Positions 60,933-64,000 of a DNA stretch of 64,000 nucleotides are shown one piece after another. The translations under genes were made by a program, and so were the position numbers. A model generated the notes under the pieces. It worked only from the letters and a program-made list of their open reading frames with translations. It searched no databases and had not been told where the DNA came from. The DNA is from a bacterium (lineage in GTDB: Bacteria > SAR324 > JACQKK01), in assembly GCA_965240465.1 (NCBI GenBank), contig OZ251219.1, positions 736,001 to 800,000 of the forward strand. Reading direction: 5' to 3'. Within the stretch, counting starts at the first letter, position 1, and each line of letters starts with the position of its first letter.

Positions 60933-63752
60933 ATGAAAAGATTATCACTACTTTCGGCTTGTATTTTCGCTCTATTTTTAGCTAGCTGCGGGGGGAGCGG
61001 GGGTGGGGGGCCTGCTGATGCCGATTCCGATGGCGTCCCCGACAGCAAGGATCTGTGCAAAAATAGCCTTGACGAGAACTTCATCAGCAGTAGCACCACC
61101 GACGCCGACAAGGACGGTTGCGAGGACAGTACCGAAGACCAAGATGGTGGCACTGGTGATGACGAAGATAATGATGGCATTTTTGGCACTGACACGAATG
61201 ACACTGAGCTTGATAAGTGCGAGAACGGCGACAAAGGCTGGACGAGCATAAGCACTAGCACTGACCCTGCTGTAACTATCACCGACCATGATTCCGATGG
61301 TTGTCGGGATGATGGCGAGGATACCGATGACGACAATGATAGCGTGCTTGATATTAATGATAGCTGTCCCAGGGGTGACAAAGGTTGGACCAGCACCACT
61401 GACGCCACCACTGGCACTGACAAAGATAATGATGGTTGTCAGGATGCTAGCGAAGACCAAGATAATGGTGATGGCAGTGACGAAGATAATGATGGCATTT
61501 TTGGCACTGACACGAATGACACTGAGCTTGATAAGTGCGAGAACGGCGACAAAGGCTGGACGAGCAATGGTGACACCGACCATGATTCCGATGGTTGTCG
61601 GGATGATGGCGAGGATACCAATGACGACAATGATAGCGTGCTTGATGTTAATGATAGCTGTCCCAGGGGTGACAAAGGTTGGATCAGCACCACTGACGCC
61701 ACCACTGGCACTGACAAAGATAATGATGGTTGTCAGGATGCTAGCGAAGACCAAGATAATGGTGATGGCAGTGACGAAGATAATGATGGTATTTATGGCG
61801 ACGACCCCGCTACCAGAACTGAGCGTGATAAGTGTGAAGACGGCGACAAAGGCTGGACGAGCATAAGCACTAGCACTGACCCTGCTGTAACTATCACCGA
61901 CTACGATGGCGATGGTTGTCGGGATGCTGGCGAGGATACCGATGACGACAATGACGGGGTAGACGATGTTGATGCAGAGGGCGAGGAGCTAGACAAATGC
62001 CAAAAAGGCAATTTTTTCACCAGCGATGACACCACCGACCATGATGGCGACGGTTGCAAAGATGACGACCCTGATGGAGAAGACGATGATGACGACAATG
62101 ATGGGGTCCCCGATGTTGATCCAGACGGCGACACTACCAAAGATGACAGATGCCCAAAAGGCAAGTTATTCACCAGCATCAGCACTGGCGATAACATCAA
62201 CGACCTTGATGGCGACGGCTGCCGAGACTCAGACGAGGACAAAGATGACGATAACGACACCATCCTAGATACCGATGACGTGGATGACGACAACGATGGT
62301 CTAATAGATATTGCCACTGCTGAGGAGCTAATCAACATCCGCCGTAATTTGGAAGGCACTCATTATAATGATGGCAATAGTTCATCTAACACAGGCTGTC
62401 CCAGCACGGGTTGCAAGGGCTATGAACTAGCTCAGGACATCAGATTAGCAGATCTAACTGGCTCTGCCACTAAAAACTGGGATCCTGTTGTGGGGGATTT
62501 TACCGCTACCTTAGAAGGCAATGGCAATACCATCGGAAACCTTATCATGGCTAGTAATATCCAAACCATGGGATTTTTTGCGGTATTGGATGGGACAGTC
62601 CAAAACTTGTCCTTTGTAGAAGGTTCAGTTACCAGTACGTACAGTGGCAGTAACTCTAACCCCAGCAATATAGGGGTTCTGGTAGGCAAAAATTATGGAA
62701 CAATATCGGGTGTTTCTACGGGGATCTCGGTTGTTGCCAGCCCAGGTTCCAACTATGTGGGTGGCTTGGTGGGTTATGTTGGTACTAATGGCACCATTCA
62801 AAATAGCTATGCCACTGGCAATATTACTGGCGGTGATGGTGATGACAATGTAGGCGGCTTGGTGGGTTATGTTGGTGATAGTAGTAGTGTCATTATTCAA
62901 AATAGCTATGCCACTGGCAATATTACTGGCGGTGCTGGTGATGACCAGATAGGCGGCTTGGTGGGTTCTGTTGGTAATAGTAGTGTCATTATTCAAAATA
63001 GCTATGCCACTGGCAATATTACTGGCGGTGCTGGTAATGACAAGGTAGGCGGCTTGGTGGGTATTTTTGATGGCATCATTCAAAATGTCTATGCCACTGG
63101 CACTGCTAATGGCGGTGCTGGTGATGACCAAGTAGGCGGCTTGGTGGGTACTTTGCGTGGCACCGTCGGAAATAGCTATGCCACTGGCACCGCTAATGGC
63201 GGTGCTGATGATGACAATGTAGGCGGCTTGGTGGGATATGCTGATAATAAGTACTTTCCTGTAACCCTTCAGAACAGTTATTCCTTAGGCGATGTGAATG
63301 GGGGCGAGGGAGACGATGAAGTGGGACGCTTGCTTGGTAAAAAAGGTACTGAGACTGAGACAATTACAATTGTCAGCAACTATTACAATAGTGGTAGTAA
63401 CCTAAACTTCGTTACTGGCGAGGATACCGAACTAACCCTTCTAGGTACCGAGGCGGTTGGCAAAACCAGCGACCAGCTGAAAGCCATCAATCTGGATCCC
63501 CCCGATAATCTGGCTGCTTGCGAAGCAGCTGGGGGAACTTGGGATGGTACTGCATCATCATGTACTTCTGGTAATCTAGCTGGCTGGAACGCTTTCAACT
63601 GGGAATTCCAAGCTGGCTTCTATCCCACCCTCAAGTCTTGTGAGACTACCATTGATACCAGCACCCCCCCCGTGATCACCCAAATTGATGGCAACTTACT
63701 CTGCGGGCAATTACCCGTAGCTGACTTCGTTCAGTGTACTCCTACGCCTTAG
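60933..63752 (+). CDS. Large TSP3-repeat/GLUG lipoprotein (array copy 2)
   Basis: Near-identical signal peptide and C-terminal LLCGQLP.ADFVQCTPTP; start ATG 60933. Confidence 0.88.
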   Translation: MKRLSLLSACIFALFLASCGGSGGGGPADADSDGVPDSKDLCKNSLDENFISSSTTDADKDGCEDSTEDQDGGTGDDEDNDGIFGTDTNDTELDKCENGDKGWTSISTSTDPAVTITDHDSDGCRDDGEDTDDDNDSVLDINDSCPRGDKGWTSTTDATTGTDKDNDGCQDASEDQDNGDGSDEDNDGIFGTDTNDTELDKCENGDKGWTSNGDTDHDSDGCRDDGEDTNDDNDSVLDVNDSCPRGDKGWISTTDATTGTDKDNDGCQDASEDQDNGDGSDEDNDGIYGDDPATRTERDKCEDGDKGWTSISTSTDPAVTITDYDGDGCRDAGEDTDDDNDGVDDVDAEGEELDKCQKGNFFTSDDTTDHDGDGCKDDDPDGEDDDDDNDGVPDVDPDGDTTKDDRCPKGKLFTSISTGDNINDLDGDGCRDSDEDKDDDNDTILDTDDVDDDNDGLIDIATAEELINIRRNLEGTHYNDGNSSSNTGCPSTGCKGYELAQDIRLADLTGSATKNWDPVVGDFTATLEGNGNTIGNLIMASNIQTMGFFAVLDGTVQNLSFVEGSVTSTYSGSNSNPSNIGVLVGKNYGTISGVSTGISVVASPGSNYVGGLVGYVGTNGTIQNSYATGNITGGDGDDNVGGLVGYVGDSSSVIIQNSYATGNITGGAGDDQIGGLVGSVGNSSVIIQNSYATGNITGGAGNDKVGGLVGIFDGIIQNVYATGTANGGAGDDQVGGLVGTLRGTVGNSYATGTANGGADDDNVGGLVGYADNKYFPVTLQNSYSLGDVNGGEGDDEVGRLLGKKGTETETITIVSNYYNSGSNLNFVTGEDTELTLLGTEAVGKTSDQLKAINLDPPDNLAACEAAGGTWDGTASSCTSGNLAGWNAFNWEFQAGFYPTLKSCETTIDTSTPPVITQIDGNLLCGQLPVADFVQCTPTP

Positions 63753-63836
63753 GATGAACTTTACCTCTTGACTCTTGCATACTTGGGTACTATCTCGGGG
63801 GCTGGTGCTTTCAGGCATTCTGACATAGGACTTTCC

Positions 63837-63909
63837 GTACAAAGATTATCACTACTTTCGGCTTGTATTTTCGCTCTCCGATTTCGTTCAGTGTACTCCT
63901 ACGCCTTAG
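63837..63909 (+). pseudogene. Collapsed array copy 3: 5' signal-peptide codons fused to the final codons, ATG changed to GTA
   Basis: CAAAGATTATCACTACTTTCGGCTTGTATTTTCGCTCT joined to CCGATTTCGTTCAGTGTACTCCTACGCCTTAG. Confidence 0.88.
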
Positions 63910-63993
63910 GATGAACTTTACTTCTTGACTCTTGCCTCCTTGGGTGCTATCTTAGGGGCTGGCACTTTTACACATTCTAACATAGGACTTTTC

Positions 63994-64000
63994 ATGCAAA
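63994..64000 (+). CDS. Start of probable array copy 4 (runs off window)
   Basis: Same promoter/leader followed by ATGCAAA as in copy 1. Confidence 0.7.

Noticed and set aside
57619-63598. Long antisense and alternate-frame ORFs in the lipoprotein genes
   Set aside because: Shadow ORFs caused by GAT/GAC/GGT-rich repetitive codons
57558-63993. Integron attC sites or a diversity-generating retroelement behind the lipoprotein array
   Set aside because: No RYYYAAC/GTTRRRY box pair, no integrase or reverse transcriptase in the window, and differences are not adenine-specific

Overview
64-kb chromosomal segment of a deltaproteobacterium-like organism (16S and gene content suggest SAR324 or a relative; inference only). 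It is mostly housekeeping genes in scrambled, non-operonic order: rpoN, sthA, hemE, panC, aroF, ribE, infC, queG, fdx, aspC, rpiA, tatB, rsfS, mreB, lpxA, tpiA, secG, gmk, larE, pstSCAB-phoU, scpB, lipA, msrB, miaA. It also holds a 16S rRNA gene followed by tRNA-Ile and tRNA-Ala but no 23S gene, four further tRNAs, an AT-rich type II R-M pair, a type III res-mod pair, an orphan MT-A70 methyltransferase, and the start of a tandem array of large TSP3-repeat/GLUG lipoprotein genes with one collapsed empty copy. The most unusual signals are sequence-wide. (1) Kilobase-scale domains of extreme G/T versus C/A strand skew flip many times, independent of gene orientation, and bias protein composition. 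(2) About 30 unrelated short tandem-repeat arrays are made from local sequence, with 3n units inside ORFs and any length outside, many copying a gene's own stop codon. Together they suggest an unusual local DNA synthesis or mutation process in this lineage (hypothesis). Several proteins (FliG, PilD, Rel, a 5'-nucleotidase) are truncated or have degenerate active sites.
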